Below, piece by piece: positions 1 through 8,843 of a stretch of 21,419 bases of DNA. Numbering within the stretch: the first letter of the stretch is position 1; each line of letters opens with the position of its first letter. Both the position numbers and the translations under genes were made by a program. Under the pieces are notes generated by a model. That model made no database searches. It had not been told where the DNA came from and worked only from the letters and a program-made list of their open reading frames with translations. The stretch is from Candidatus Acetothermia bacterium (lineage in GTDB: Bacteria > Bipolaricaulota > Bipolaricaulia > M55B111). The stretch lies in assembly GCA_046543235.1 (NCBI GenBank), contig JBKGZT010000023.1:1-21419 (forward strand). Reading direction: 5' to 3'.

Positions 1-1
1 A

Positions 2-1645
2 CCTTTCACCGGTGACAATCCTCTCCCCGATGACTAACAGGTCCTCTCGCTCAAAATTCTTCCCCAGTACTTTGGTAACGAGTTCGGCCGTAACCGAAAG
101 GTCGTAATCTTCGACAAGTGAAAGCAGGGGAACTTTGCAAATACCGAGCGAATCCACGATCGCACTGACTATGGAAGCTCGTTTGACAAGTTGCGGCTTA
201 CCTTCTTCGGAAAGTCGGTCGGCAGCCTCCTCAGTGCCAAATAATTCCTCTGCAAGTTCGGGGGAAAAACTGTACTCGGGCCTGGCGTATATGCTGGTAA
301 AGTCGCTACCTCTGTTGCCAATCGCGTAACCCAGCCCGGAAGCCTTGAACCCCCGGGGATCCATCGCCGTCATGGCAAGACCTTTGACGTGATAGGCTAA
401 TTTTTCGGCACCCTGACCTATTTTTTCAGCGGAACTCTCCAACCCTTTACTCAGGGTTTCACCCAACCATCCTCTTCCATTAGCAATCATATCGATTAAA
501 TCCGACATGGCCTCTGGATTGCCCCATTTCAGGTCCAGGCCACCGGCCTGTTCTTTTGATATAATTCCCCGCTCGTAGAGATCCATGGCAAAGGCGATCA
601 AACTACCTACTTCGACGGAATCGAGTCCCAAATCGTTGCACTTATTGTGAAGTCGAATTGACTCGAGCGAATCCGTGTTACCACACTTCGGCCCGAGTGC
701 AACCAATGGCTCGAAACAGGGTCTCTCTGCTTTCTCGCCCTTATTGGGTCCCCGGGTCAACTCAAGTTCGGCCTTACAGTGCACAGGACACCTGTAACAG
801 CTCGACGGGGTTCTGGGAAGATCCACGAAACTTCTGCCGTCGGCTTCTTCGACGTTTTCACTCTGGACCTTTCGATAATTCCTGACGGAACTGGCCCCGA
901 GATCGTCAACCCATTTGACCGAAGTCGAATTGTCGTATTGAGCCCACTCTTCGTAATCGGGGTGAGATCTAATTTCGTCCAGGTAGGCCCGCAGGGACTC
1001 GTCCCCCTGAACCTCTTTGCCGACCCTCCGTTCTCCCGGCGTCGCTCCTATCGCTTTCACCATCTTAGAACCCATTACCGCACCCATTCCCGTCCTCCCG
1101 GCGGCGTGGCCGTCCTCGAACATAATACAGGCCATGGAGGCAAGGTTCTCTCCGGCGGGACCTATTGCTCCAACGCTCACATCCCCTTTTGCATTACCCC
1201 GTATGTTCTCCCGCACCTCAGCAGTATTACTACCCCAGATATCCCGGGCGTCCCTGAGTTCTATCTCGCCTCGGTCGATCCAGATGTAAACGGGTTTATC
1301 GGCCTTCCCCTTAACGAGGAGCGAGAATATACCGTTTTGCTTCATGTAAACACCAAGGTGACCTCCCACGTTGGAACTACCAAGAAATCCTGTCAACGGG
1401 GAAAGTGATCCCACATGGAGCCTGGACGAGGAGTAAACGTCGCTTCCCGTAAGCAAACCCGGAGAGAATACTATTAAGTTTTCGGGGTCAAGGGCGTCCA
1501 TTCCTCCTTCCAGATGTTTTAACAAGTAATGCACGTTTATACCTCGACCACCGAGAAAATCGCGAATCGCCGAACGGTCCGGCTGACTCCTTTCAACTGT
1601 TCCTTCGGCCAGGTCGATTTCTACCAATTCACCAGCGTAGTCCAC
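2..1645 (-). CDS. Aldehyde:ferredoxin oxidoreductase family (tungstopterin AOR/WOR), 3'-truncated by the window edge
   Basis: Not in the ORF track, consistent with the frame having no stop inside the window. Hand translation from GTG at 1645 (SD GGAGGAGG upstream) gives MDYAGELVEIDLAEG...FLGGRG...DALDPENLIVFSPGLLTG...SPLTG..GSSNVGG, AAGRTGMGAVMGSK, CYRCPVHC, CNDLGLDS, DSLGICK and GERI. All are typical AOR motifs, including the 4Fe-4S cysteines. Confidence 0.93.
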   Translation of the reverse strand, partial: MDYAGELVEIDLAEGTVERSQPDRSAIRDFLGGRGINVHYLLKHLEGGMDALDPENLIVFSPGLLTGSDVYSSSRLHVGSLSPLTGFLGSSNVGGHLGVYMKQNGIFSLLVKGKADKPVYIWIDRGEIELRDARDIWGSNTAEVRENIRGNAKGDVSVGAIGPAGENLASMACIMFEDGHAAGRTGMGAVMGSKMVKAIGATPGERRVGKEVQGDESLRAYLDEIRSHPDYEEWAQYDNSTSVKWVDDLGASSVRNYRKVQSENVEEADGRSFVDLPRTPSSCYRCPVHCKAELELTRGPNKGEKAERPCFEPLVALGPKCGNTDSLESIRLHNKCNDLGLDSVEVGSLIAFAMDLYERGIISKEQAGGLDLKWGNPEAMSDLIDMIANGRGWLGETLSKGLESSAEKIGQGAEKLAYHVKGLAMTAMDPRGFKASGLGYAIGNRGSDFTSIYARPEYSFSPELAEELFGTEEAADRLSEEGKPQLVKRASIVSAIVDSLGICKVPLLSLVEDYDLSVTAELVTKVLGKNFEREDLLVIGERIVTGER

Positions 1646-1668
1646 TAAAACCTCCTCCGATCCGAATA

Positions 1669-1701
1669 AGGAGGGGGCAAACGGTCCCCGTGCCCCCTCC
1701 T
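1669..1701 (-). terminator. Intercistronic GC-rich stem-loop (mRNA stabiliser or leaky terminator) between the binding-protein gene and AOR
   Basis: Perfect 11-bp inverted repeat AGGAGGGGGCA (1669-1679) / TGCCCCCTCCT (1691-1701). Only a weak U-tract (TTATTC) follows on the minus strand. Confidence 0.6.
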
Positions 1702-1715
1702 ATCGTCGAATTCAT

Positions 1716-3254
1716 TTAGGTCTTTTTGACAAATCTCAATTCGTGTGTACCGTTTCTTACTTCGTTGTAGCCCTCTATACTCTCATGAGCGGCGCCGTAC
1801 AATCCTTGGTGGAATGGGATAACCGCAGGTCCTTCTTCCCTGAGGATCTCCTGGATTGCCGTGAAGTGTTCCTGCCTTACTTCAGGCTTGACCTCGGTCG
1901 AGGCTTTATCTATGTGTTTATCTAGCTCTTCATTACTGTAATGTCCCTCGTTCCAGGAACCTCCAGTTTTATATTGAAGCTTCAGTACGTCAAGAATATT
2001 TACCCGGTGGGCCCACTGAGTTACCGTCATGTTTGCCTTCAGCCAGTATTTGGAAAAGTAGACGTCGGAATTTGACCCTTCGAGCTTGAGATCGATTCCG
2101 GCTGGCCCTACCAGTTGTTGAAGGTTCAATGCCGTATCCGCGCAGGGAAAGATATTCGTCGGATAATGCAATTCCATTTCGAGGCCGTCCCCGTGTCCCG
2201 CTTCAGCGAGGAGAGATTTTGCCTTTTCTATATTTTGTTTCCTCGTACCGAGGTCAGTATACCACCTGTACGATGGGGCTATCGGGTGATCGTGGCCAAT
2301 ATCTCCAAACCCGGACAGAACCGAGTCCAGCATAAATCTCCTGTCCGCGGCGTACTTCACTGCCAATCGGACTCTATTGTCGTCAAACGGCGGCTCGTCC
2401 GTCCTCATGCTTACGGGGGCCTGGAATCCACCAAGGGCATAATCCCCGTAAATATTTGATTCATCTTTAAGCTGCTCAAAAGTCGACAGGTTAATGTTGG
2501 TTAGGATATCGACGTCTCCGGACTGAAGCATCAACTTTTTCGCCGAATCTTCGGAAACGATGATAAAGTGAAGCTCATCCACGTAGGGGACGTCCGAAAG
2601 GAAATAGTCGGGGTTCTTTTCCAAAACCATCTTTTCGCCGGAAGTGTACTCCTTTATCTTGAATGCTCCCGTGCCGGAAGGTTTCCGTTCTCCGTGTTTC
2701 TCGTAGTCAAAATCGTGGGCGACAATCGAGGTATTGTAATCGTAAAAATTGAGATCGAAGTCCGGGTCCGTCTCCGTCAGATAAAATTTGGTGGTGTATC
2801 GATCGACCTCTTCAATTTTATCTACGTTCTCGAAGAGCGATTTCGCAGGTGAACCGACGTCCGGGTCCATTATCCTTTCAACGGTGAACTTTAAATCAGT
2901 GGAGGTAAGCTCGGTTCCGTGGTGGAACTTTACGCCTTCTCGTAACTTAAACGACCACTCCGACCTGTCCTCGTTGTAGCTGTAATCTTCCACCAGCGAA
3001 GGAGTCCGTTCGCTTTCTTCACCTCTTAACCTGAACAGGTAATCGGAGTGGGCGCTGGCCATAACCTGACCGGGCGAATCCCCGAGCAGGCCTGGAGTAA
3101 TCTTATTCGGGCTCCTTACACCTACCTTAATTACTTTCTCCCCGGATTGTCCCTTACTGGAAAACGACCACAACCCGGGCAGTGAAACTGCCGCTCCGGT
3201 AATTGCAGCGCCTTTTATAAAGTCTCTTCTCGATACTTCGCGGTTTTTGCTCAT
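1716..3254 (-). CDS. ABC transporter substrate-binding protein, family 5 (OppA/DppA-like), Tat signal peptide
   Basis: 512 aa. N-terminal SRRDFIK twin-arginine motif. Family-5 motifs FKLREGVKFHHG, SGTGAFK, PFDDNRVRLA. SD GGGAGG upstream. Confidence 0.93.
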   Translation of the reverse strand: MSKNREVSRRDFIKGAAITGAAVSLPGLWSFSSKGQSGEKVIKVGVRSPNKITPGLLGDSPGQVMASAHSDYLFRLRGEESERTPSLVEDYSYNEDRSEWSFKLREGVKFHHGTELTSTDLKFTVERIMDPDVGSPAKSLFENVDKIEEVDRYTTKFYLTETDPDFDLNFYDYNTSIVAHDFDYEKHGERKPSGTGAFKIKEYTSGEKMVLEKNPDYFLSDVPYVDELHFIIVSEDSAKKLMLQSGDVDILTNINLSTFEQLKDESNIYGDYALGGFQAPVSMRTDEPPFDDNRVRLAVKYAADRRFMLDSVLSGFGDIGHDHPIAPSYRWYTDLGTRKQNIEKAKSLLAEAGHGDGLEMELHYPTNIFPCADTALNLQQLVGPAGIDLKLEGSNSDVYFSKYWLKANMTVTQWAHRVNILDVLKLQYKTGGSWNEGHYSNEELDKHIDKASTEVKPEVRQEHFTAIQEILREEGPAVIPFHQGLYGAAHESIEGYNEVRNGTHELRFVKKT

Positions 3255-3342
3255 ACTACCTCCCTATAAAAATTAAGCTTTGTTGTTTTAGAACTTACTC
3301 CAGTAAAAAGAATTTTCCTGTAGACCACCTCCAATATGAACC

Positions 3343-5385
3343 TCAGGATAGAACAGGCTCTGCTTGAATTAATTCTTCTTTTGGAATAACACACCTGATT
3401 ACGTGATCCCCGCTTTCTCTCTCCGGAATGGGCTCTCGCTCGCATTCCTCCCCGACCTTTCTGGGACACCTGGTGTGAAACACGCAACCACTCGGCGGAT
3501 CGACCGCGGAAGGGACCGAACCGCTCAGCCGGATTCGCTTCCTCCGAAGATTCGGATCGGGCACCGGAATTGCCGAAAGTAACGCCTCGGTATAAGGATG
3601 ATAAGGGGGAGAAAATATCTTTTCCGTCGAGCCAAACTCGACGACGTGACCAAGATACATTACGGCGATGTAATCACTTATATGACGTACTACGCTCAAA
3701 TCATGGGAAATAAAGAGATAGCTCGTTCCAGAACCTTCCTGAAGGTCGAGCAGGAGATTGAGGATAGTGGCCTGGACCGACACGTCGAGACTCGAGGTAG
3801 GTTCATCGTGGAGTACCAGAGCCGGGTTAGTGGCGAACGCCCGAGCGGTTGCAACCCGTTGCTTCTGTCCTCCCGACAGCTGATCGGGATATCTCTCGGC
3901 TAATTTCGGGTCCAGCCCTACGGCGGACAACAGGTCGGCGGTGGTCCGAGGAATCTCGCTTCGGGGAAAGTCCCCGTGTATGATTAACGGCCTGGCAATC
4001 GCCTGACCGACGGTCTTTTTCGGATTCAACGTCGACCTCGGGTCCTGAAAAACAATCTGTATCCTTTTCAACGTTTCTTTAGACCTTCGGGATACATTCT
4101 TCGTGATGTCCTCACCGACAAAATCAATTTTTCCCTCAGTGGCCTCAGTAAGACCTATAATCGTCCGGGCCAGGGTCGTCTTACCGCACCCGGATTCCCC
4201 GACGACTCCGACCGTTTCCCCCCTTTCCAGGGTGAGGTCCACATCGTCAACGGCTCTAACCGGTGGTTCACTGGTTCCGGGCAACCAGCTGTTCCCTCCT
4301 CCGAAATACTTCTTCAGCTCCCGAACTTCGAGTATCGCCCCCTCCCCCTGCAGTTCGGGAGGCCCCTCCCAGAGGGGCTGAGCCATTACCTCTTCCGACT
4401 CCGTCTCTTCCGCCCCTTCTATCGGGGCGTAGAAACACTTAGCACTGTGACTCTCCCTTTTCTCTTCCAGGGGTGGTTCCGCTTCGAAACACCGTTCTCG
4501 CCTGAAAGGACACCTGGTGTTAAATTTACAGCCATCGGGAAGGTCGGTGAGATCGACCATTGATCCGGGTATATCCTGCAGGGAACCCCTTTTCCCCTCC
4601 GGATCGGGCACCGACCGGAGAAGTAATTTGGTATAGGGGTGAAACGGCTCTTCAAACAAATCTCCTATCTCCGACTCCTCCACTACCTGTCCGGCATACA
4701 TTACTTCTATTCCGTCACCTATCCGGGCTATCACGCCTAAGTCGTGGGTAATGTAGAGAAAGGCGGAATTGAGGTTGTCCTTCAGTTCCTCGATTATATC
4801 CAGTATCCTGGCTTCTGTTGTAACGTCCAGGTTCGTCGTCGGTTCGTCCAGTATGAGCAGTTCCGGTTTCCCCATAAGGCCAGCAGCAATGCCCACTCGC
4901 TGGCGCATTCCTCCGGACAGTTCGTGAGGATAACGGTCAATTATTTCTCGGGGATCCCGGATATGAACCCGATCCAGAAGTTCGACGGCCTCGTCCATTG
5001 CTTTTCCTCGGGGCGCAAGCCCGTGCGCGGTAGCCACTTCCGCAATCTGTTCCCCAACCGGCAGAGAAGGGTTTAGAGAAGCGGTGGGGTCCTGGTATAT
5101 CATTCCCATATGCTTCCCCCAGATATCTTCCATCTCCGAACGGGACTTCCCTTTAAGGTCCTCACCGTTGAACATGATTCGGCCGCCCGTGATCTCTCCG
5201 TTCCTGTCCAGATACTTCATGACTGCAAACGCCAGTGTACTCTTGCCACAGCCGGATTCGCCAACTACTCCCCTGACTTCTCCCGGGGCAACTTCCATAG
5301 ATACTTTGTTGATCGCTTTGACGTCCGTCCGATCCGTCCTATAGACTACCTCTAAATCCTCGATTTCGAGCACCGGTTCCGTCAC
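3343..5385 (-). CDS. Fused OppD/OppF-type (dipeptide/oligopeptide) ABC ATP-binding protein with two nucleotide-binding domains
   Basis: 680 aa. Two Walker A motifs (GESGCGKS, GESGCGKT), two LSGG signatures, two DEPT Walker B motifs, and two HPYT/Cys-rich C-terminal domains. The GTG start overlaps the upstream TAG. Confidence 0.95.
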   Translation of the reverse strand: MTEPVLEIEDLEVVYRTDRTDVKAINKVSMEVAPGEVRGVVGESGCGKSTLAFAVMKYLDRNGEITGGRIMFNGEDLKGKSRSEMEDIWGKHMGMIYQDPTASLNPSLPVGEQIAEVATAHGLAPRGKAMDEAVELLDRVHIRDPREIIDRYPHELSGGMRQRVGIAAGLMGKPELLILDEPTTNLDVTTEARILDIIEELKDNLNSAFLYITHDLGVIARIGDGIEVMYAGQVVEESEIGDLFEEPFHPYTKLLLRSVPDPEGKRGSLQDIPGSMVDLTDLPDGCKFNTRCPFRRERCFEAEPPLEEKRESHSAKCFYAPIEGAEETESEEVMAQPLWEGPPELQGEGAILEVRELKKYFGGGNSWLPGTSEPPVRAVDDVDLTLERGETVGVVGESGCGKTTLARTIIGLTEATEGKIDFVGEDITKNVSRRSKETLKRIQIVFQDPRSTLNPKKTVGQAIARPLIIHGDFPRSEIPRTTADLLSAVGLDPKLAERYPDQLSGGQKQRVATARAFATNPALVLHDEPTSSLDVSVQATILNLLLDLQEGSGTSYLFISHDLSVVRHISDYIAVMYLGHVVEFGSTEKIFSPPYHPYTEALLSAIPVPDPNLRRKRIRLSGSVPSAVDPPSGCVFHTRCPRKVGEECEREPIPERESGDHVIRCVIPKEELIQAEPVLS

Positions 5386-6260
5386 TACCGCTCACCTCCG
5401 GTAACCTCTTCCAAGCCCTCGGCAAGGAAGTTCGCTCCCAGGACCATCGAGGCGATCGCCAAAGCGGGGAAGACCGCCAACCAGGGGGCAACCTGGAGGT
5501 AACTCCGGGATTCGCTGATCATCAGACCCCAATCCGGCGTCGGGGGCTGAACCCCGAGCCCGAGAAACCCCAGTGAAGCACTCAAGAATATCGAGTAAGC
5601 AAACCTGATCGCCGCTTCGACTCCGAGCGTGTCCAGAATATTCGGAAGTATCTCGGCTCCCATTATGTATAAGTCGGATTCTCCACGCACACGGGCCGCT
5701 TCGACGAATTCCTGATTTTTCACCTGAAGCGACGCCGACCGTGCAACCCTACCTATCCTCGGAGTATGGGCTATTCCAATTACAATTATTACGTTTATAG
5801 TACCGGGGCCGAGAACACCCAGCACGAACATCGCGATGAGTAGGGCGGGAAAAGACATCAAAATATCCATCAATCTCCCCAATACTTCTTCGACCCACCC
5901 TCCGAAGTATGCAGCGGATAGGCCAAGCGCGGTGCCCCCTACCAACCCAAGAAACGTCGCCGAGAGCGCAAGCGAGAAAGCCGTTCTGCTTCCGGCCACC
6001 ACCCTAGAAAAGACGTCGCGACCCCACCTGTCAGTGCCAAACGGATGCTGTAAAGAAGGCCCGGCGAACTTGTCGGTCGAAAAATCCGTCGGACCGTAGG
6101 GTGTGATATAAGGAGCCAGAATCGAAATTGCTATCCAGAAAAGTATGATAACCAACCCGGCCATTCCTAGGGGCTTTCGCTTTAATTTTACCAGATATGA
6201 AAGCCCGCTTTTTATCCTCTCCCAGGGACTCGGAGCGAGATCAGGACTACCTTGTGACAT
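5385..6260 (-). CDS. ABC transporter permease, OppC/DppC-like
   Basis: 291 aa hydrophobic protein with HPFGTDRWGRDVFSR, EAA loop EFVEAARVRG, and LGFLGLGVQPPTPDWG. Confidence 0.95.
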   Translation of the reverse strand: MSQGSPDLAPSPWERIKSGLSYLVKLKRKPLGMAGLVIILFWIAISILAPYITPYGPTDFSTDKFAGPSLQHPFGTDRWGRDVFSRVVAGSRTAFSLALSATFLGLVGGTALGLSAAYFGGWVEEVLGRLMDILMSFPALLIAMFVLGVLGPGTINVIIVIGIAHTPRIGRVARSASLQVKNQEFVEAARVRGESDLYIMGAEILPNILDTLGVEAAIRFAYSIFLSASLGFLGLGVQPPTPDWGLMISESRSYLQVAPWLAVFPALAIASMVLGANFLAEGLEEVTGGER

Positions 6261-7219
6261 TAGCTTTCACCCCGATCGTAACGTATCCTCGGATCCAGTA
6301 GAGTATACAATAAGTCAGTGCCAAAATTGACAGTGATGTAAGCAGTTACCACGAAGAGCAGCCCGGCTTCCATTACGGGGATATCCCGTTGCTGAATGGC
6401 GTTTAGTATCAGGCGAGCGACCCCGGGATAACCAAACGTGGCTTCCACTACAACCGCACCTCCGAGCAGCCAGCCGAGGTTAATTGCAACCACCGTTACG
6501 GCGGGTAGCAAGGCATTACGAAGCACGTGTTTGGTTATGACTGTCCGTCGACCGAGTCCTTTTAGGGTAGCGGACCTGGTATAATCCGACCGCAAGACCT
6601 TGACCATGCTGGCCCTGATATGCCTGGTAATATAGCCCAGCATGACACCCGATAGCGCCAGTATCGGCAGGACCAGTTTTGGAATTTGCTTAAGCCACCC
6701 CTGTGATAAGTCTATCGAGCTCGAGGCCGGTAACCAGCCCAGATAGACAGAGAAAATTAAAATTAGAACAAGACCCGTTATGAACGAGGGGAACGAAATT
6801 AGTCCAAGAGTGGTAATAGAGATAAGGCGATCAAACCAGCTACCCGGTCTGAGTCCCGCAATAATACCCAGGCTAAACGAGATCGGAATGATAATGATCA
6901 TCGCTCCCGCTGCAAGGATTAAAGAATTTTGTGCTCGCCGTAACAGCAAAGGTCCTACCTTAACTCCCGTCTTGCTAAGTGAAGTTCCCAGGTCTCCCCG
7001 GAATACCCCGGACAGCCAATCGAAGTACCGGACGTGGAGCGGTTCGTTCAGATTCAACTTCTCCCTGAGCGCCTGAAGGGAGTCCTCTGTAGCGTACTGA
7101 CCGAGAATCATCTGCGCCACGTCGCCCGGCAGGGCCTCGGCCACCAGGAATATGATAATCGAGGCCACAACTATACTAACTAATGCCTGCAGTAGACGCT
7201 TACCGCTGTAAGTTAACAC
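6260..7219 (-). CDS. ABC transporter permease, OppB/DppB-like
   Basis: 319 aa with LPGD, GDLGTS, DYTRSATLKGL..KHVLRNA, VVVEATFGYPG and RDIP motifs. TAATG overlap with the next gene. Confidence 0.95.
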   Translation of the reverse strand: MLTYSGKRLLQALVSIVVASIIIFLVAEALPGDVAQMILGQYATEDSLQALREKLNLNEPLHVRYFDWLSGVFRGDLGTSLSKTGVKVGPLLLRRAQNSLILAAGAMIIIIPISFSLGIIAGLRPGSWFDRLISITTLGLISFPSFITGLVLILIFSVYLGWLPASSSIDLSQGWLKQIPKLVLPILALSGVMLGYITRHIRASMVKVLRSDYTRSATLKGLGRRTVITKHVLRNALLPAVTVVAINLGWLLGGAVVVEATFGYPGVARLILNAIQQRDIPVMEAGLLFVVTAYITVNFGTDLLYTLLDPRIRYDRGES

Positions 7220-7240
7220 TTTTTATTGTCACCAACCGCT

Positions 7241-8773
7241 TCAATCGACCGTAAAGTAGCGATACTCAGCGGCCGCGGCTCGAGTCATCCAGAAGTCCTC
7301 TGCCCGCTGGCTCAGTCCACTGAAATCGGCACCAAAGAAGGGAATAATCGTCCCCCCGTCCTCGCGCAGAATCCGTTGGATTTCAGTAAAGTGCTTCTGA
7401 CGCTTTTCCTCGTCCATTTCGGTCGCCGCTCCCTCGATCTGCTCGTCTAGTTCCGGATTTTCATAGTGAGACTCGTTCCACGGACCGTCTCCCCGGAAGG
7501 CGACGTTCAACAAATCAACGGGGTTTTCCCGGTGAATCCATTCCGTACAGGTCATGTTTGCTTTGAGCCAGTACTTGGAGTAATATACGTCGCCGCTCGA
7601 GCCCACCAGGTTGATATCTATTCCCGCCGGTTTTGCCATCTGCTGGTAGTTCAAAACAGTCGCAGGTACCACGGGAAAGTTGGTACCATAGTGAAGATCT
7701 ACGCTGATTCCGTCCTCGTGTCCGGCTTCCGCCAGCAGCTCCCGGGCCTTTTCCACGTTCCTTTCACGGGTTCCCAGATCCGTATACCAGGGGTAACCTT
7801 CCCAGATCGGATGATCATGACCGAGGCTTCCGACCCCACCCATGGCCGATTCGAACATCTGTTCCCTGTCGACGACGTATTTCATCGCCTTTCTTACTCT
7901 GGGATCGTCGAACGGGGGCTTATCGGCTCGCATGCTGATAGGTGTGTGGAAGGCCGACTCGGTTGCAACCGCTTTAGCTTTACTAGAATCCTTAAGGCGC
8001 TCGTATTGTTCCAATCCTATAAACGGTGCGATATCGGCATCGCCCGATTCGATCATCACCATCCTCGACGACATTTCTGGTACTATTCTAATCCTGAGTT
8101 CGTCTACCTGGGGGACACCTTCCATCCAGTAATCGTCGAACTTTTCAAACGTTAGAGATTCTCCCGACTTATAGTCTACCAGCTTGAACGGGCCCGTGCC
8201 GGAATGTTTCTGCTCGCTATAGTCAAAGTCTTCCGCCAGTATCACGGTATTGTAGGCAAAAAACTTAAGCTGAAAATCCGCGACGGGACGGTCGAGCTCG
8301 AATACGACCGTGTACCTGTCCTTCTTCTTAACATCATCCACGGCGGAAAATAGGGACTTCTGGGGCGATCCGAAGTCCGGATCCATAAGTCGGTTAAACG
8401 TAAATACTACGTCGTCCGCCGTCATCTCCGACCCATGATGAAACTTTACGCCTTCCTTTAACTTAAAAGTCCACTTCTTTCCGTCAGTGGTTCTATCGTA
8501 ATCCTCAACAAGCCAGGGCGTCCGTTCGCCTCCGTCCCCGTGGCCTTCCAGCATGAAGAGCCGCTCATACATCGCGTCCGCGATATTCTGACCGGGCGCG
8601 TCGGCCAACATTCCCGGAATAATCGTGGTGGGGCTATCCACGACTACCGTCCCCGTAAGGTCCTCCTGGGCGGTCGCTTTCGAACCAAAAAGTCCTGTCG
8701 AGAAAAGGGCCAGCGAACCACCGGCATAAGCCGCGCGCTTCAGAAACTTTCTCCTGCTAATACTTCTGGACAT
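7241..8773 (-). CDS. ABC transporter substrate-binding protein, family 5, Tat signal peptide (paralog of 1716..3254)
   Basis: 510 aa. SRRKFLK Tat motif with ATA cleavage site. FKLKEGVKFHHG, SGTGPFK, PFDDPRVRKA. SD AGGAGG. Confidence 0.93.
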   Translation of the reverse strand: MSRSISRRKFLKRAAYAGGSLALFSTGLFGSKATAQEDLTGTVVVDSPTTIIPGMLADAPGQNIADAMYERLFMLEGHGDGGERTPWLVEDYDRTTDGKKWTFKLKEGVKFHHGSEMTADDVVFTFNRLMDPDFGSPQKSLFSAVDDVKKKDRYTVVFELDRPVADFQLKFFAYNTVILAEDFDYSEQKHSGTGPFKLVDYKSGESLTFEKFDDYWMEGVPQVDELRIRIVPEMSSRMVMIESGDADIAPFIGLEQYERLKDSSKAKAVATESAFHTPISMRADKPPFDDPRVRKAMKYVVDREQMFESAMGGVGSLGHDHPIWEGYPWYTDLGTRERNVEKARELLAEAGHEDGISVDLHYGTNFPVVPATVLNYQQMAKPAGIDINLVGSSGDVYYSKYWLKANMTCTEWIHRENPVDLLNVAFRGDGPWNESHYENPELDEQIEGAATEMDEEKRQKHFTEIQRILREDGGTIIPFFGADFSGLSQRAEDFWMTRAAAAEYRYFTVD

Positions 8774-8843
8774 GAGTACCTCCTGTAGGCGTATGGATGT
8801 TCATATTCGACCAAACGAATCGCAACTACTTCAACTAAAAGGC

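Noticed and set aside
135-1408. Plus-strand ORFs including the 209-aa ORF at 779..1408
   Set aside because: They are antisense shadows of the AOR gene, which has clear family motifs on the minus strand; they show no recognisable motifs themselves.
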